A stretch of 64,000 nucleotides of DNA from an uncultured Planctomycetota bacterium (GCA_963845755.1 CAWJTV010000020.1:672001-736000); one strand, 5' to 3'. Positions 21,779 to 35,294 are shown, numbered from the stretch's first letter. The notes: generated by a model not told the origin, from the sequence alone. Numbers and translations: made by a program.

Positions 21779-24700
21779 TCACTGATAGAACAGTTCGACC
21801 TCGGCCTTCGTGGTGACGTCGGCCTTGACCTCGACCTCCAGCCGGCCGGTCCGCTTCGAAGTCGACTTATAACTGGCGACGAGGTACTTGCCCACGGGCA
21901 CGTCCGTGAAACCGAAGATGCCGTCATTGTCCGTCTTGGTCTCGAGCTTCTCGCCTTTCGCATTAACCAGGACGACGTCAAGCCCCGCCTGGGGTAGCTC
22001 TCCTTCGCGGACCCGTCCTCGGATCGATCCGGTGAGAATCGGATCCGTATCGATGAGCTCGATGCGGCCGGTGTCGAAGGTGCTCAGTCCCACGTTGCTG
22101 ACGAACTGGACGGAGACATCGATCGGCCCCTTGGACTCGGCGGGTAGGGGAAGCGTCGCGGACCACGTCTTCGCGTCAGAGGGCGACGGCAGGCCGGTCG
22201 CGGTCGCCCCGGCGGGGGGCAGCTTGCCGTCCGGCGCCGGCTTGCCCACGAAGAATGTGACTTCGCGGATCCCCGATGCCGGAACCTGTCCGGCGGCCCG
22301 GATCGCCAGGGGTGTGCCGCGCCTGGCCTGCTTCGGCAGCCGCGCCAACTTGACCCATCGCGGAGGTGCATCGTCGATGATGATCGGTTGCGATGCGGAC
22401 TCGACCCAGCGCCCCGCGGCGTCTCGGAGCTGGGCTCGTACCTCGTAGGTGCCATGGATCCCGGTGGTCGGGAATCCGACGCTCCAGTCCTGGAGACTCG
22501 CATCAACCCACGGCGAGCCGCCCGGGCCCGTCGGCAGGAAGCCAACCCGCCCGTGGCGCGGCCGGTCAAACTTTCGCGTGACCAGGGGCTCGAACGGGCC
22601 GTTATCCGCCCGCCCGAGGCTCAATTCGAGCGTTGCGTCGTCGGGCGCATTATCGACTTCGACCACGACCGCGAGCGTTTCGCCGCTCCGGACGGCCTTC
22701 GGCATGCGCAGCCCGACGACCGTCTCGATCGCCCGTTCAGCAATCGTCGGCCCTCCTTCGCTGCTGAATCGGACGTGGAACGTCTGGGCACGCGGAACGC
22801 CGTCGATGTTCAGCTCGACGGTTCCGATCCCGTCGATCCCTTCCTCGAATCGAATCGCCTCGGCGAACAGCGTCATCTCCTTCCCATCGGCTGGCAGCTC
22901 GCCCCGGAACAGTCCCGACTCGACCGAGAGGAAGCCGGGAATCCGGTCGGTGCGCCAGGACCAGCTCGACGGGGCAGGGGGGACCGACATCCATCGGCCT
23001 GGACCTGACCCGAACCGACAGGCGGTTCGGCTCGCCGACGGCGACGCGGGGCGGTGTGTAGAGGAGCTCGACGACCTGGATATAGTGCGTCACCGGCAGG
23101 ACCGCGGCCTCGAACACCTGTTCTCCGAGGATCACTCCAGGGCGATCGACATCCAGCACGCGGAACCGCGGTGAGCTCGTCGGCGAGGGCAGCACGCCCT
23201 GGGGGAGCGGACCGGGTGGGAAGGTCACCGGCTGAAGGGCGCCGGCCTCCACCGCCTGTTTCAGCGAGACCACGGGCGCGGAGGACTCGCCGGAGCGGAT
23301 CTCGACGACGATCGTTCGCGCTGATTTCGTCGGGTTCCACACCCGAACGGGCAACGGCCGCGGTGCCGTCCCTGGTCGGACCAGCAGCCGGCCGGGCGGC
23401 TCGCCGGGAGTCTGGCCCAACAGGACCCGAAAGAGTTCGGGGTCGGAGGGCATGGCGATCGGCAGCTTGCTCGTGAAGGTCCAGTCCCCAACTCGGTACT
23501 GTACCAGGCAGCCGGAGGCTTTCGGATCGAGGAATCGGCCCGATTCCGGCCGCTCGAACAAGACGGGCAATCTAAAATGGGGCGACTTCGGCGAGATCGG
23601 CTGCAAGGAGTAACTCCAGCCCGGTTGGTCGTGCGGCTCGGCCCGCTCCTTCGAGGTGCCCGAAATCGGGCCGAATCACTGGCGACTCGCGCGATGTCGC
23701 GAGGAATCGGAGGCCGATCGAACCGCTGCCTCCGTTCGAACTGAGCTGAAGATTCACGGTCGCCGATCGATCTCGTGACGTGAGTGTCAAGGATGACGGG
23801 TCCGTGGCCAGTCGAACCTCGGGGAGTGGCGAGTTGCGGCCCGGTGGGTTGTAACCGCGTCCGGCCTCGGCGTGGAACGCCAGGCCGTGGAGGTCGCGTG
23901 CTTCGTAGAGCATGCGGTCCGAGAGCCACGACCAGAGCGCCGTCCATTCGCGGACTTGCCGGGAGGAGACCGGGTCGTGGGACCCGCGGCCTAACATCGC
24001 GTGGCCGAACTCCAGCGGGACGACGCGAGCCCAGCTTTCCTCCCGGCGCGGCTCGATCGGATCCGGCGAGATCGCCTGGGGCTCCAACCACGCCCGATGG
24101 AGGTCCTGGCCGAGTTTCGGCCAGTCGACTTCTCCTTGCTCGACGTTGCGGGTCTCCCGCTCCAGTGCCTCGAGACGCCGGGAATCCTGCCCGCCCAGAT
24201 GGAGCAAACCGATCGTCCGGCGCGACCTGCGCCGCCGCTTCCTTCCCGATCGCCTGGCGCGGACCGGTCTCAGCCGGACCATGCTCCTGTCCGAGGGCCT
24301 GACGATCGGCATCCTCCGGCTCGGTGTCCAGAATGACCCCCTGGAGCCGGCGGTCCAGGTCCCTCCCCGCCGTCCAGAGCGCCTCGCGATCCTTCGCGGC
24401 CAGGAACGGAGTCGCCAGCACGGCATCGATTTGACGCGCAGTCTGTGCGTCCGATTGCCGCGATTGCGCCCGAGCGATCAGCTCCTTCACGGCCGTGACC
24501 GATGTCGATTGGCGCAACTGGGCGAGCTGCTCCTCCAGGGCTTCCATCCGGCTCCGGATCGGCGCGAACGGCGGCGAGCAGATCGGGAATCGCCGCGTCC
24601 TCGGTCGCTGCGCCCGCCCGGGGACTTGCGCCGTACAACTGCCGGTCGAGGTCGATCGTCTCGCGGATCGCCGACTCCCAGGTCGCATCGAGATGGCGGT

Positions 24701-26578
24701 TGGACTCGAGCACCGGAAGCGCCGAGGGCAGAAACGCCAGGGCTTCGTCCCGCAGATCCCACGAATGTTCGACGATTTCCTGGCACGTCGAGATTTCGGC
24801 GTAGAGCTCGGTGGCGCGCCTGAGCCGGGCATCGGCTTCATGAGCCGGCGCGAAGCCGGACGAGAAGAGGGCGATTTCACCCAGGTGACGCTCCCGTGCG
24901 GCCGTATCGAGCCAGGGACGGAGTAGTGAGAACGACCGCGGCCGGCTGTATGCCGGCTCTCCGAAGCGAGCCGCCTCGAGAGCCAGTCGAGCCGGATCGG
25001 CTAGCCACTCCGTGCCGGACTCTGCGGACCCCGCGCGATCGGCCAGCCGTCGCAATAGCAGCGTCTCAATATAGAGTGGATCCGACTGTCGCCCGCGCAG
25101 CAGTCCATCGTAGAAGACCAGATCGGCCGGAGTGGGGTGCACGACCATCGCGGCGGCGTGAAAGACGGCCCACGCCAGCGCGAATTCCGACGCGCCCGCT
25201 GTCGCCTTCTGAAACTCGGCGGCCTGCTTGGTTCTTGCCGCTGCGAGCTCCTCGGGTTTCTGACCCTGTCCCGGGTCGGCCCGATCCTGGAGCAGCTTGA
25301 CCATGGCCTGTGACACGCGTTCGTCGGGTTTCTCGCCAAGGGCCAAGGCCAGTGCGAGCGATCGCGGTATCGGATGCGGGGACGATCGAGCCGTCTCGAA
25401 CTCTCGGGTGGAGGAAGCGACCGCCCGCTCCAGCTCCGTGCGGACCCGATCGGGATCGACGCCGCCGCGCCAGCCGCGTTCGGCATCCATCAGGGCCGCC
25501 TCCAACCCTCGCAAGGCCCACGGCGCAACGCGAAGGGCATGCTCGCCCTGCCATCGATCGCGGCGCGCCCATCCCTCGATCAACCAGCTCGGATACACTC
25601 GATCCTCGGGAAGCGCCGGCCGCAACTCGAGCGCCCTCTTTCGCCGGGGAGCGATCGAAAAGTCGTCCCGAGAGCCGAGGAGCACGGGCGTCTGCCGGAC
25701 GCCTCGGCACGCGACGGCCCAGCGATTGACCCGGGGCACTACGTAATCAACCAGCTCGATCAGAGTGACGCGGCCATCGCGGTTGCCCGTAACTGGCTCG
25801 AGATCGGCCCAGCCGCTCAGCCCCTCCTCAGCGTAGGCCAGGAAGACGGATCGCCCCCAGACTTCCGACGCCCAGGAGACCTGGCCTGTGCCCGCCGCGC
25901 AGAGGACAGCCAGACGATCGGGGGGTATTACCTGGCTCGAACCAGCCAGCTCCGCTTCGATGCGGGCTGTTACATCGTCAACGAGCTGGCCGTGGAGCGG
26001 ATCGGCCATGGGCCGCATCACATCGAGCAAGAGCAAGACACGCTTGGCGGGACTCCGCGCAGCGCCCCAAGCACGTCGCGGAGCCGAATCCAACCGGCCA
26101 GTCCTTCGGCGCGACCGCCGGGCAAGACGAACACTTCGGCCGATTCCCCTGAGCCCGTCGAGCCAATCCCGACCCGCGCCGGCGAACAGAGCACCACTAC
26201 CAACGTCTCGTCCGACCGCAGACCGGCCATGGACTCGAGCGCGGCGCCGAGACGACCCGCGGTGATCGTCGGGTCGCCGGCCCCGATGGTGCGGGAGAAC
26301 CATCGTCCGGCCCGTAGACTGACGGCGTCCCCCGGCGCCTGGGCGGTCACGGACCCGGCTCCCCGATCGCCCGTGTCGAAAACCAGGGGTAACAGCACGG
26401 GGAACGGATGAGGCCGGAACCACGAGGCCACCCCCAACAGACATCCGAGTGCGATCCCAGCCGCGACGATCAGGCCCAACCACCTCGGCGGCGCCACCGC
26501 GCGATCGGAATCCGCGCCGACCAGCGAGGGCCTCGCGCGCCAGACCGGTTCGATCTCCCGTGCCGTGGATTCGCTCAT
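21779..26578 (-). CDS. Giant (~1600 aa) membrane-anchored protein: N-terminal TM, inactive caspase-like domain, helical region, beta-rich domains, C-terminal carboxypeptidase-regulatory-like domain (several frameshifts)
   Basis: Stitched from ORFs 26018-26590, 24270-26672, 23261-24880, 23572-24426, 22737-23606 and 21779-22990. Motifs KRVLLLLDV, AVLCAAGTGQVSW, SVFLAYAEEGLSGWAD...DGRVTLIELVDYV...QTP; C-terminal TGSIRGRV...TDNDGIFGFTDVPVGKY. Confidence 0.7.
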
Positions 26579-26602
26579 GGCGTCCACCATCCAGGGTGAG
26601 GC

Positions 26603-26992
26603 TCACGCGACGTTCGTCTTGACGGTTCCTGCCATCGTGATCGTGATCACGCCGGCCCAGGAACACAGACACTTGGACGTGCTATTGAGCGCCGGCATCT
26701 TGCCGATCATCACGGTTGGCGAACCGGGCGTCCACGGGGCGGGGATGACTGGAACGCACGGCATCGGCGTCAGAACGCCGAGCGCCGCCGCCGTCGCCGC
26801 CGCCACTTGCGGATTGGTGATCGAGCTGCACATCCCGAACGGCGGGATGTTCTGGATCGGCACGTTGTCCATGATATTGGCCGCGGGCATGTTTTCGGCG
26901 ATGGTCTTGTTCACGGGCGGAACGATCAGCTTTGACGGGGCCGCGCCGAAACTGCACGTCATCGTCGCATTCATCGCCACGAGTTGGGGCAT
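26603..26992 (-). CDS. DUF4280 PAAR-like spike-tip protein
   Basis: ATMTCSFGAAPSKL, NIPPFGMCSSITNPQVAAATAAALGVLTPMPCVP, WTPGSPTV, CLCSWAGVITIT. Confidence 0.93.
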   Translation of the reverse strand: MPQLVAMNATMTCSFGAAPSKLIVPPVNKTIAENMPAANIMDNVPIQNIPPFGMCSSITNPQVAAATAAALGVLTPMPCVPVIPAPWTPGSPTVMIGKMPALNSTSKCLCSWAGVITITMAGTVKTNVA

Positions 26993-27253
26993 GGTCGTTC
27001 GTCCTCCGAGAGGTGAACCTAGTCATAACATGGACCATCGCGCCGGCCTTGTCAATGGAAAAGGAAGTCCGATCCGGCGAGAGGTCGGCTCAAGCCGGCT
27101 CGAGCCCCGCCATGGCCCTTCGACTCTATGGATCGCACCGGCTGCGATTCCCGCCCGGAGGAAATCCGCGGTGGTCGCGTGCATCCCAAGAGCACGACGT
27201 GTAAAGTTGTCTGTTGATGATCACCATCGAGTCGACTTCCGGGCGGTGCTGGC

Positions 27254-30200
27254 ATGGCGGATGAAACGACGCTGGGGACTGTGGTCACCTGGAGGGTTGG
27301 GGGCAGCCCGCGAGGGATCGACCCCTCCGGACGATTCTGGCGCCGCGCGCCGTCGCATCGTCACGGCGAGGCGTCGCGGAACGGGCGTGCGGCGCGGATC
27401 GTGGCCGCTGCACTGGCCCTTTTCGTGGGCGTCGGGGCGTGCCTCTGGCTGATTTCCTTGCTGCGCCTGCCCCGACCGGCCCGGCTGGTCCTTGTCGGGG
27501 CCGGCTATGAGGCCAACCTGCAAATCCCTCACAATGCCTACGGTTGGCGCAGTCTGCAAGCCCTCAAGTCGTTGAGCGAACAGCCCGTCTCCTCCTGGAT
27601 GGCGAGGCTCTGTTCGGCTCGATACCAGCCGGCGGGCGAACCCAGCCTGCTCGACACCGGGCGCTCGAGCGATGGGGTCTCGTGCTAAAGGAACTCCCGG
27701 AGCCGACGATCGTCGTGGTCATGGCCCTGCACGGCGGGGTGGATGCTGAAGGTCCCTATCTGCTCCCACAGGATGCGAAGGCCGTTCCCGAGTCGCGAGA
27801 TCGGCTCCGAATGACCGACGTTTTGCGCGTCTTCAGTGGCCTGCCTCGATACAAGAAAAAGATCCTGATCCTCGACGCGACCGGACTTCCCTATCACTGG
27901 GAACTGGGCATGTTGCGGAACGATTTCGCCCGCGAGCTGAAAAAGCTCGATGCGGAGATCAAGAAGATCCACAACTTCGTGGTAGTCTGCGCGAGTGGTG
28001 AGGGTCAGCGCTCCTGGGTCAACGAGTCTGCGGGACGGACGGCCTTCCTTCATTTCTTGATCAGGGCTCTGAGCGGAACGGCCACTCGTGCGAGCGTGGG
28101 ATCGGCCTGGCCTCCGAGCAAGCGGGTGAACCTCGAGGAGGTTTTCGACGACGTCGCACGGGAGGTCAATAGCTGGGCGGCCATCCATTGTAACGCCGCT
28201 CAGGAGCCCTTCATCCTCCCCTCGGGGGACGACGGGAGGCGGCTGGCGCGTTCCATCGAGCTCCCTCCGGTCCGCCCTCTGGTCGATCCGGAAGCGCCGG
28301 TCGAAGATGAGCGGAGATCGATCGAGCAAGCCCTTGCGAGCCGCTGGGGTGCATTCCGCGATCTCGCGACATCGCCGGTTCCGATCGGCGTCGCGGACCC
28401 GATTGGGTGGCGGCACTACCAGAAGCTCCTGCGGCGCTACGACGAGTTGCTCCGCATCGTCGGCACGAGGGGCGAGGCCGAGTATGGCGAGGTTCTGGCG
28501 GAACTGAAGGCGAAACGGCTTCAGATCGCGGAGAGTCGGACGACGCCGCTGACGAAGGCACGGGCCGCGACGTTGACCGTTGCACTGGCGGAAGGGGTCA
28601 CCCATGCCGTTTCGCCGGCGGACGGGACCACGCCGACCCCTGGCCGGCCGCTCGACCCCGCGGCGCCCGACAAGGAGGTCCAGACCTGGTTCGACAAGGA
28701 GTGGTGGCCGGCCGCCGAGGACCAGGAGCAGATCATCTGGAAGACCCGCAAGAATCAGGAGCGGGACGGCGACGCGCGGGATCTGGCGGCGCAGCTCGGC
28801 GACCTGCTCCTGGGCAGGGCCATCGATAATCCGTCGGGAAACCTCGACCATGCCGCGCGACTCGCCAAGCGGCTCGATCTGCCGTCTCAGCGGCCGGCCG
28901 AGCTGAATCTCCTCATCATGCTCCAGCGCGCCCTGAACGAGTGGAAGAGCCCCGGCGATCCGGAGCTGATCCGCATGGCGCTGCGGGTCCGCCGCCTGGC
29001 CGAACGGGCAGCGCTCGGCTTGCCCGAACAGGCCGCCGCGCCGGACAAGGTGGTGGCCGGCACGTTGGTCGCGCCCTGGGTCCGCGACAAGGTCGACGAG
29101 GGTGACCGCCATCGCCGGCAGGCTGAGGACCTGCTCTTTGCCTCCGACCGTCGGGAACAGGCCAGAGTCGCCTACGCCGGCGCCGAGCGTGTCTATCGCG
29201 ACGCGATCGAGGCGGCCGAAACGGTCCGCCGGGCCGTCCTGGAGGCGCGAACGAGCCCAGTCCGACCTCGTCCCGATCACCGAGTGGCTCGCCACCTGGT
29301 ATCCTCCGCCAGACCAGGTCAACCTGATGGAGGCGTTCGTCGCGCGCACCGTGGATCTCTGGGAGAAGGTCCACGCCGTGAGCCGGATCCTGGAGACACC
29401 CAATCCCTCCAGGATCGGCCCAAATTCGACAGGCCCGAAAGGACCCGATGCCGACGTCGATACCGCTTCGAGGGAGGTCACTCAGGCACACGACCAGTTA
29501 AAGACGCAAATCGATGATATTCTGGGTTCCTGGATCTTGAGTACCGGCAGTCCATCGGTCACGCCCCAGTCCATCTTCGAGGTCCGGGCCCTCACCAATG
29601 CGCTGACCCTCCCATGGCTCGGCGAGAACGACGCAGCGCGATGCTCGAGCGCACACAATCGCAGCTCCACACCGGTGCTCAAGACGGCTCGGGGACGGGC
29701 GGCGGGGGATCGAACCGTGCATTCCCCGAGGACGACGGTCATACGGAGGATTCCCTCATCGGCTTCCGCCGCAGTCTCGCCGTGGCCATGCTGGGTACCC
29801 ACGCGGACGGCACAGAGCCGTCGGACTTGCCCGGGAGCCCGGCGGGCGATCCGGTTGAGGATGGCCGGAGGATCGGCAGGGGGTTGGCGAATCGCGTGGA
29901 GGCGATCGGAAGCCTGATCGGGAAACCGGATTCTCCAAGAGGACCCGAATGGGCGCACCAACTGGCTACTGCCGACCGCCTCGTCCGCATGCTGGACGGT
30001 GTCTCGATCGAGCAGCTCGATCGCAACTCGGGACTCGACGACGCGTTAAGCTCACTCCGCCTGCAAGACTACCTCGTGGAACAAGCCCGCCGCACGCGGC
30101 GAGATCTCTGGCACGACGAGGGCGACCAGGACGTGCCCTATGACCGTCGGGTCGCCGGGGCTTACCTCGACGACGCCGGGGCCATCGACCAGTCGTTGCA

Positions 30201-32501
30201 TGAGCTACGCCACAAGGAGATCGATACGATCCGCGCGGACCTCAATCGGGGCGATGCGATCCGCCTCACAGGACCGCAGGTGCTGGTCGTGACCAGTGAG
30301 GACGCGCGGTGCCCTGACTTACCAGGTCAAAGCCGATAACCTGCCCGAACTACGTGAGGGTCAGGCGGTTGTCTGGTTCGAGGGTGATGAATCCTCGACG
30401 ATCGAACAACCGGCTCCGCCGGAGCGTCGGCAAGCCGTGCCGCTGGGCGATTCGGCACCGAATCCGCTCGAGATCCGACTGAGATTCCCGAACCTCACGC
30501 CCGATAACGGTACGGCGCTCTCGCGATCGAAGGCCCTCGCGCATGCGTATTTCCGGGGCCGCTCCATCCGCACGGAGACGGTCATCGAGCGCCACCCGAC
30601 GCCGACCCGGCTCATCGTGAGGACCAGGCCACCATCCGGCGGGGCCCTCACACTGCGGGCGGAACCCGAGGCAATCCGCGGCCTGGGCGTGGGCGCCGGC
30701 GCGATCGCGATCGTGCTCGACGCCTCGGGTAGCATGCGGGCCTCGCCGGGGCAGAATGGGCCTTCGAAATTTCAGGAGGCGACCAAGGCGCTGCGGGACG
30801 TACTGGCCAAACTCCCGCCGGACACCATCGTTAGCCTCTGGATCTTCGGCGAGGCGATCGGCGAGGCCAAGAAGACCGACATCGCCGAACGAACGATCCG
30901 TCCCCTACAGAAGCCAGTGGCGTGGAAACCCGAGCTGTTGGACGCGCTAATGAAGGAGGTGGACCGGGTCGAGCCCTGGAATCACTCGCCGATCCTGCGG
31001 ACGATGCTTCAGGCCGCGAACGACCTCCGCGGGACCGCCGGGCCGAAATCGTTGCTCGTGCTGACCGACGGGATGGATAACCGCTGGACGAACGACCGCC
31101 AGGCCAATCCCAGCGGGCTCGACGTGGCAACCTCGCTGCGATCGTCCTTCGACGGGTCGGACATCGCCGTGAACGTCATCGGCTATCGCCCCGACCCGGC
31201 GGAGCAGGACCAGGTTCGGGCTCAATTCGAGGCGGTCGAGCGGTTTCGCGTCCCGGGTCTGTTCGCGACCGCCCAGGCTGCCGGCGAACTGATCGCTACG
31301 CTCGATCGCGCGATGCGGCCGGCCCTCCGATATGCGATCACTACGGGCGAGAATCGCCCCGTGCTCACGTCGCCACTGGGATTCGAGGTACAGCCCGCGC
31401 AGGCCGGCTCGCTGGGAGAACCCCACGAACTTCAGGCCGACACATATCAACTCCGCCTCCGAACGGCCAACGAGCCCTCTTGCCGCTTCCTCGTCAACGA
31501 TGGCGACTGGCTGCTCGCCAGGGTTACGAACCCGCCGACCGGACCGAGGTTCGAGCGAGAGCTCTACTCCCGCGTGGTCTTCGGACTGCGGCCGGCGCGC
31601 GAGGACAAACTCTCGGGCTGGCGACTTTCGGCCATCCAGAACCAGCTCGTCGACTCCTCGAAGGTGCAGATGACGGCGACGTTCGAAAAACGTTTTGATC
31701 TCGTCGGTGAACCGATCCTTCAGGTCTACCGGCCCCGCGAGATCTGGTTCGATGTCAAGGTCGCCGGCGGCGACCTCCTTCGTCCCGGGACGTCTCTCAA
31801 GGTGGCCGACCAGTGGGGGTATCCCGCCCCCGCCTGGAAGATCGACGTATCGGGTTGGCCCTCAACGCCCGGGATTTCCTCGTCGGCAATCCCCGTGCTC
31901 GAGGTCTGGTGGGACGCCGAAAACGAGGCCGTCCCGGCCGTCCTGGTCGAACGCAGACGGGACCTCACGCTCGGCGACGACCTCCGCGGTTACCGGTTCT
32001 CCATCGATGGATTGCCAGGCACCATCGAGAGCGTCCAGGTCGAAGACCATGAGGTCGATGTCGGCAAGGCGACGAAGGAGACGCGCCCCTGCCTCGTTCT
32101 CCGCGTGGCTTATCCGAAGAACCGTCCGGTCTGGGCCAGGCCGTATGGTCTCGCCATCGAGGGCTCGGAGCATCGTTTCTACGAGGATGTCGACAAGTAT
32201 ACCGGGCTCTTCTGGCCGGCGACGCTGCGCCCAGGCCGATATGGTCCTCCAGCGGCTCGGCTTGATCTCCGTGGTGGACTTCCGGCGCGACGCACAGCGT
32301 CGCGGCGCGATGCTCCGCCTGGATAATCTCGAAGCACCGAACCCGCAGGACATCCCTCTTCCACCGGTCGGCAAGGCGTCGGTGGTGCGCCCTCCCGATC
32401 CGGCAGTCGCCCTCCTCCGTTGCTCCTCAACAACCGACCGGAGCCAGGTAGAAGGCCCACAACGGGGCGGCGCCAATAATCCGGGCGGATTGGCGAAGTA
32501 A
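27254..32501 (+). CDS. Giant (~1750 aa) membrane-anchored protein with an inactive caspase-like domain and a vWA (MIDAS) domain (several frameshifts)
   Basis: TM IVAAALALFVGVGACLWLISLL; VVVMALHGG...KKILILDATG...CASGEGQRSW; AIVLDASGSM...LLVLTDGMDN. Confidence 0.72.
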
Positions 32502-32615
32502 AGGGGGCTCGAGACTTCCGGTAGAGGATCGGGTTCGCTACAGTGCACGAGATGGCCGAACGCGACAGCCGCGAGTGAGCCGTGCTGTTCCCGCGATTCC
32601 ACCTCCATCGATGAG

Positions 32616-35046
32616 ATGACGATGAGCGAAGCACCCGACGACTCGCCCGAATACCAAGTGACCCACCCCCCGTCGCCGCGGGCCAGTGATGCGGTCGCGT
32701 CCTCGAATCCTTCGCCGGCACCCGATTCGTCCTCGGCCAACCAGCGCGAGCCGGAAACCGGGGCGACATCGACCGTGCCCGCATCCGCTTCGCCGCAGCC
32801 CGACACCCAGGCGATGCCTCAGACAGGCTCCACCGGCTCGGCGACCACGGAGCCCCAGTCCGCCAGTACCGATTGGGACAAGCTCCCCGCTCCCGTTCTC
32901 GAGGTGGACCGGGTCGTCTTCGGTAAATACCGGCTCCTGGAGAAGATCGGCGAAGGCGGCATGGGCGAGGTGTGGAAGGTGCACAACGTCGAGCTCGACC
33001 GCACCAGCGCACTGAAGCTGATCAAGCCCGAGATCGCCCAGAACGACAAGGGCTGGACACGATTCCAGCGCGAAGCCCGACTGATGGCCAAACTCAATCA
33101 TCCCAACGCCGTGGCCGTCTACGATTTCCGGCGGACGCACTCGATGGGATACATCGAGATGGAATTCATTCGGGGCCGAAGCCTGGATCAGGTCCTCAAG
33201 GAACATCCTGAACAACCCCTGCCGCTGGACTGGACCGTCCAGATCCTCGACCAACTCTGCTCGGTACTCCAGGAGGCGCATGGCCACGAAGATGAGAAGA
33301 CCGGCAAGTCCAAGCCGATCATCCATCGCGACCTCAAGCCCTCGAACCTGATGCTCGCCGACCGCAAGCAGCCGGGACCTGGAATCCAGCTCAAGGTCCT
33401 CGATTTCGGTATCGCCAAGATGGTCGAGGATGAGGGCAACCCCGAGGTCACCGGCGCCAACGACATCATCGGGACTCCGGCCTATATGAGTCCCGAGCAG
33501 ATCCGGGGTGGATTTCGAACCCGACGACGAGGAAGGGCATGACCTTGACGGGCGGAGCGACCTCTATTCCACGGGCGTCGTGCTCTACCAGCTCGTGGCC
33601 GGTGTCCTCCCGTTCCGCGGGAGCAAGATGGCCATCCTGTCGTCCCACCTCAATAACAAGCCCCCCCCCATCAAGGACGCCAACCCGAAGTGCGACGTAT
33701 CCTCCGCGGTCGAGCGGGTGATCATGCAATGTCTGGAGAAACAGCCCGCCCAGCGGCCTCAGTCGGCTCGCGAACTCGCCGAGACGTTCCGGAAGGCCGC
33801 CGGCACCTCGGGCAGTCCCGGACTTGCCCAGCCCTCGCGATCCCTCACCCGGCCGAAAATGGCGGCGGCCTTCGTCCTGCTGACCTTGGCCGCCGGCGCC
33901 TTGATCCCGATTGCCGGGATGCTCCGCAAGCCGTCGCCCGCAACGGGTGGCGCCCCGTCGAACGAAGAGACCGCTTCGGTCCCGATTACCAAACCGGTAG
34001 ACACCGCTCCAAAATCCACGGCTCGCCCCGAGACCGGAATGCCCGCCGGCTTCGCGGCCGCTGAGCCGAAGGATGTGGACAAGGCAACTGGCCTCCCGAA
34101 GAAAATCCAGCGCAAGGATGGCTCCCTGTTCACGCACTACGAAGACAGGATGTATCTTCCCGACGGCTACCAACCGGACGATCCCGGGAGGACCGCGGGA
34201 CAATGGCCCGGGGCGATCGTGCGCACGTCGGACCAGGTGCGATTCATCCGGATCGATGGCGGCACGTTCCTTCGCGGTGACCCGCGCCGTCGGCCGACAC
34301 CCGACCTGGACGCCCCGGGCAATCCGCTCACTCCTCATTACGTACGCGTCGCCAGCTTCTACATCCAGGAAGCCGAGGTCACCAACGGCGAGATCCAGAA
34401 ATACCGGGATTCCCACCCCGATGATGAGAATGGCTTGAGAAAGTGGAGTCAATGTTACGAGGACTTCCGGAAGGATAAGAACCTGGATGACAAGGCCATG
34501 AGCCGTTTTCCGGCCGTCTGCGTCGATTATCGCCTGGCGAGCCGGTTCGCCGCATCGGTCGGGGGACATCTGCTGACCGAGGCGCAATGGGAATACGCGG
34601 CGAAGTCGCGCCAGAACGATAACCTCTCCGCCTGGGGTAAGGATCCTCCCGGGCCGGAGTGGCGCCAGGCCGCTCTCGACAATCCCCTGGAAGGCCCCAC
34701 CCCGGGCAAGGAGCACCCCAAGGACAAGACCGGCCAGGGCGTCTACGACATGACCGGAAACGTGCGCGAGCTCTGCGCCGATGCCTACCGGTCCTACGCC
34801 GAGCTCGACCTCAATGGCAATACGTCCGACCATCCCTACATCGACCACCGTGAGGAAATCGACTTGAATTCGAGCGGGTCCGGCCAGATCAAGGTCGTCG
34901 TGCGGGGAGGCTCGTTCATGGACCAGCCCCGGAAGGCGTTGACCTTCATGCGGGACCGGGTGGCCGTCGATGACGACGTGCCGAGTTACGTCGGATTCCG
35001 AGTGGTCATCGAGTGTCCGTCGTGGGCGGATCGCCCCGGCCACTGA
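32616..35046 (+). CDS. Ser/Thr protein kinase, TM helix and FGE-sulfatase (SUMF1) domain (frameshift near 33510)
   Basis: IGEGGMGEVW, ALKLI, IIHRDLKPSN, KVLDFGIAK, GTPAYMSPEQ; EVTNGE, LLTEAQWEYAAK, GVYDMTGNVRELC, VVRGGSF, VGFRVV. Confidence 0.93.
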
Positions 35047-35056
35047 ATCGCCCGAT

Positions 35057-35207
35057 GCGGCCTTGGCCGCAACGCAGGAGAGATTCGAGATTCCCGATTC
35101 AGGATTCGAGATTCCCGATTCAGGATTCGAGAATCGAGATTCCCGATTTTCGATTCAGGATTTTTTTTTCGATCTTGAACCCGGAATTCTGGAATCTTGA
35201 ATCCCGG
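35057..35207. repeat. GATTC-heptamer repeat of the same family as 4652-4945, inverted
   Basis: GCGGCCTTGGCCGCAAC followed by AGATTCG AGATTCC CGATTCA GGATTCG... and a short GAATC return arm. Confidence 0.8.
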
Positions 35208-35294
35208 ACCCTCGGTGCTTCGTGCAACGACGCGGAGAGAGATGAGACGCTTTCGTCAGGGAATCCCCGATCCGGCTTGCGGAGGCTTCAGGCG

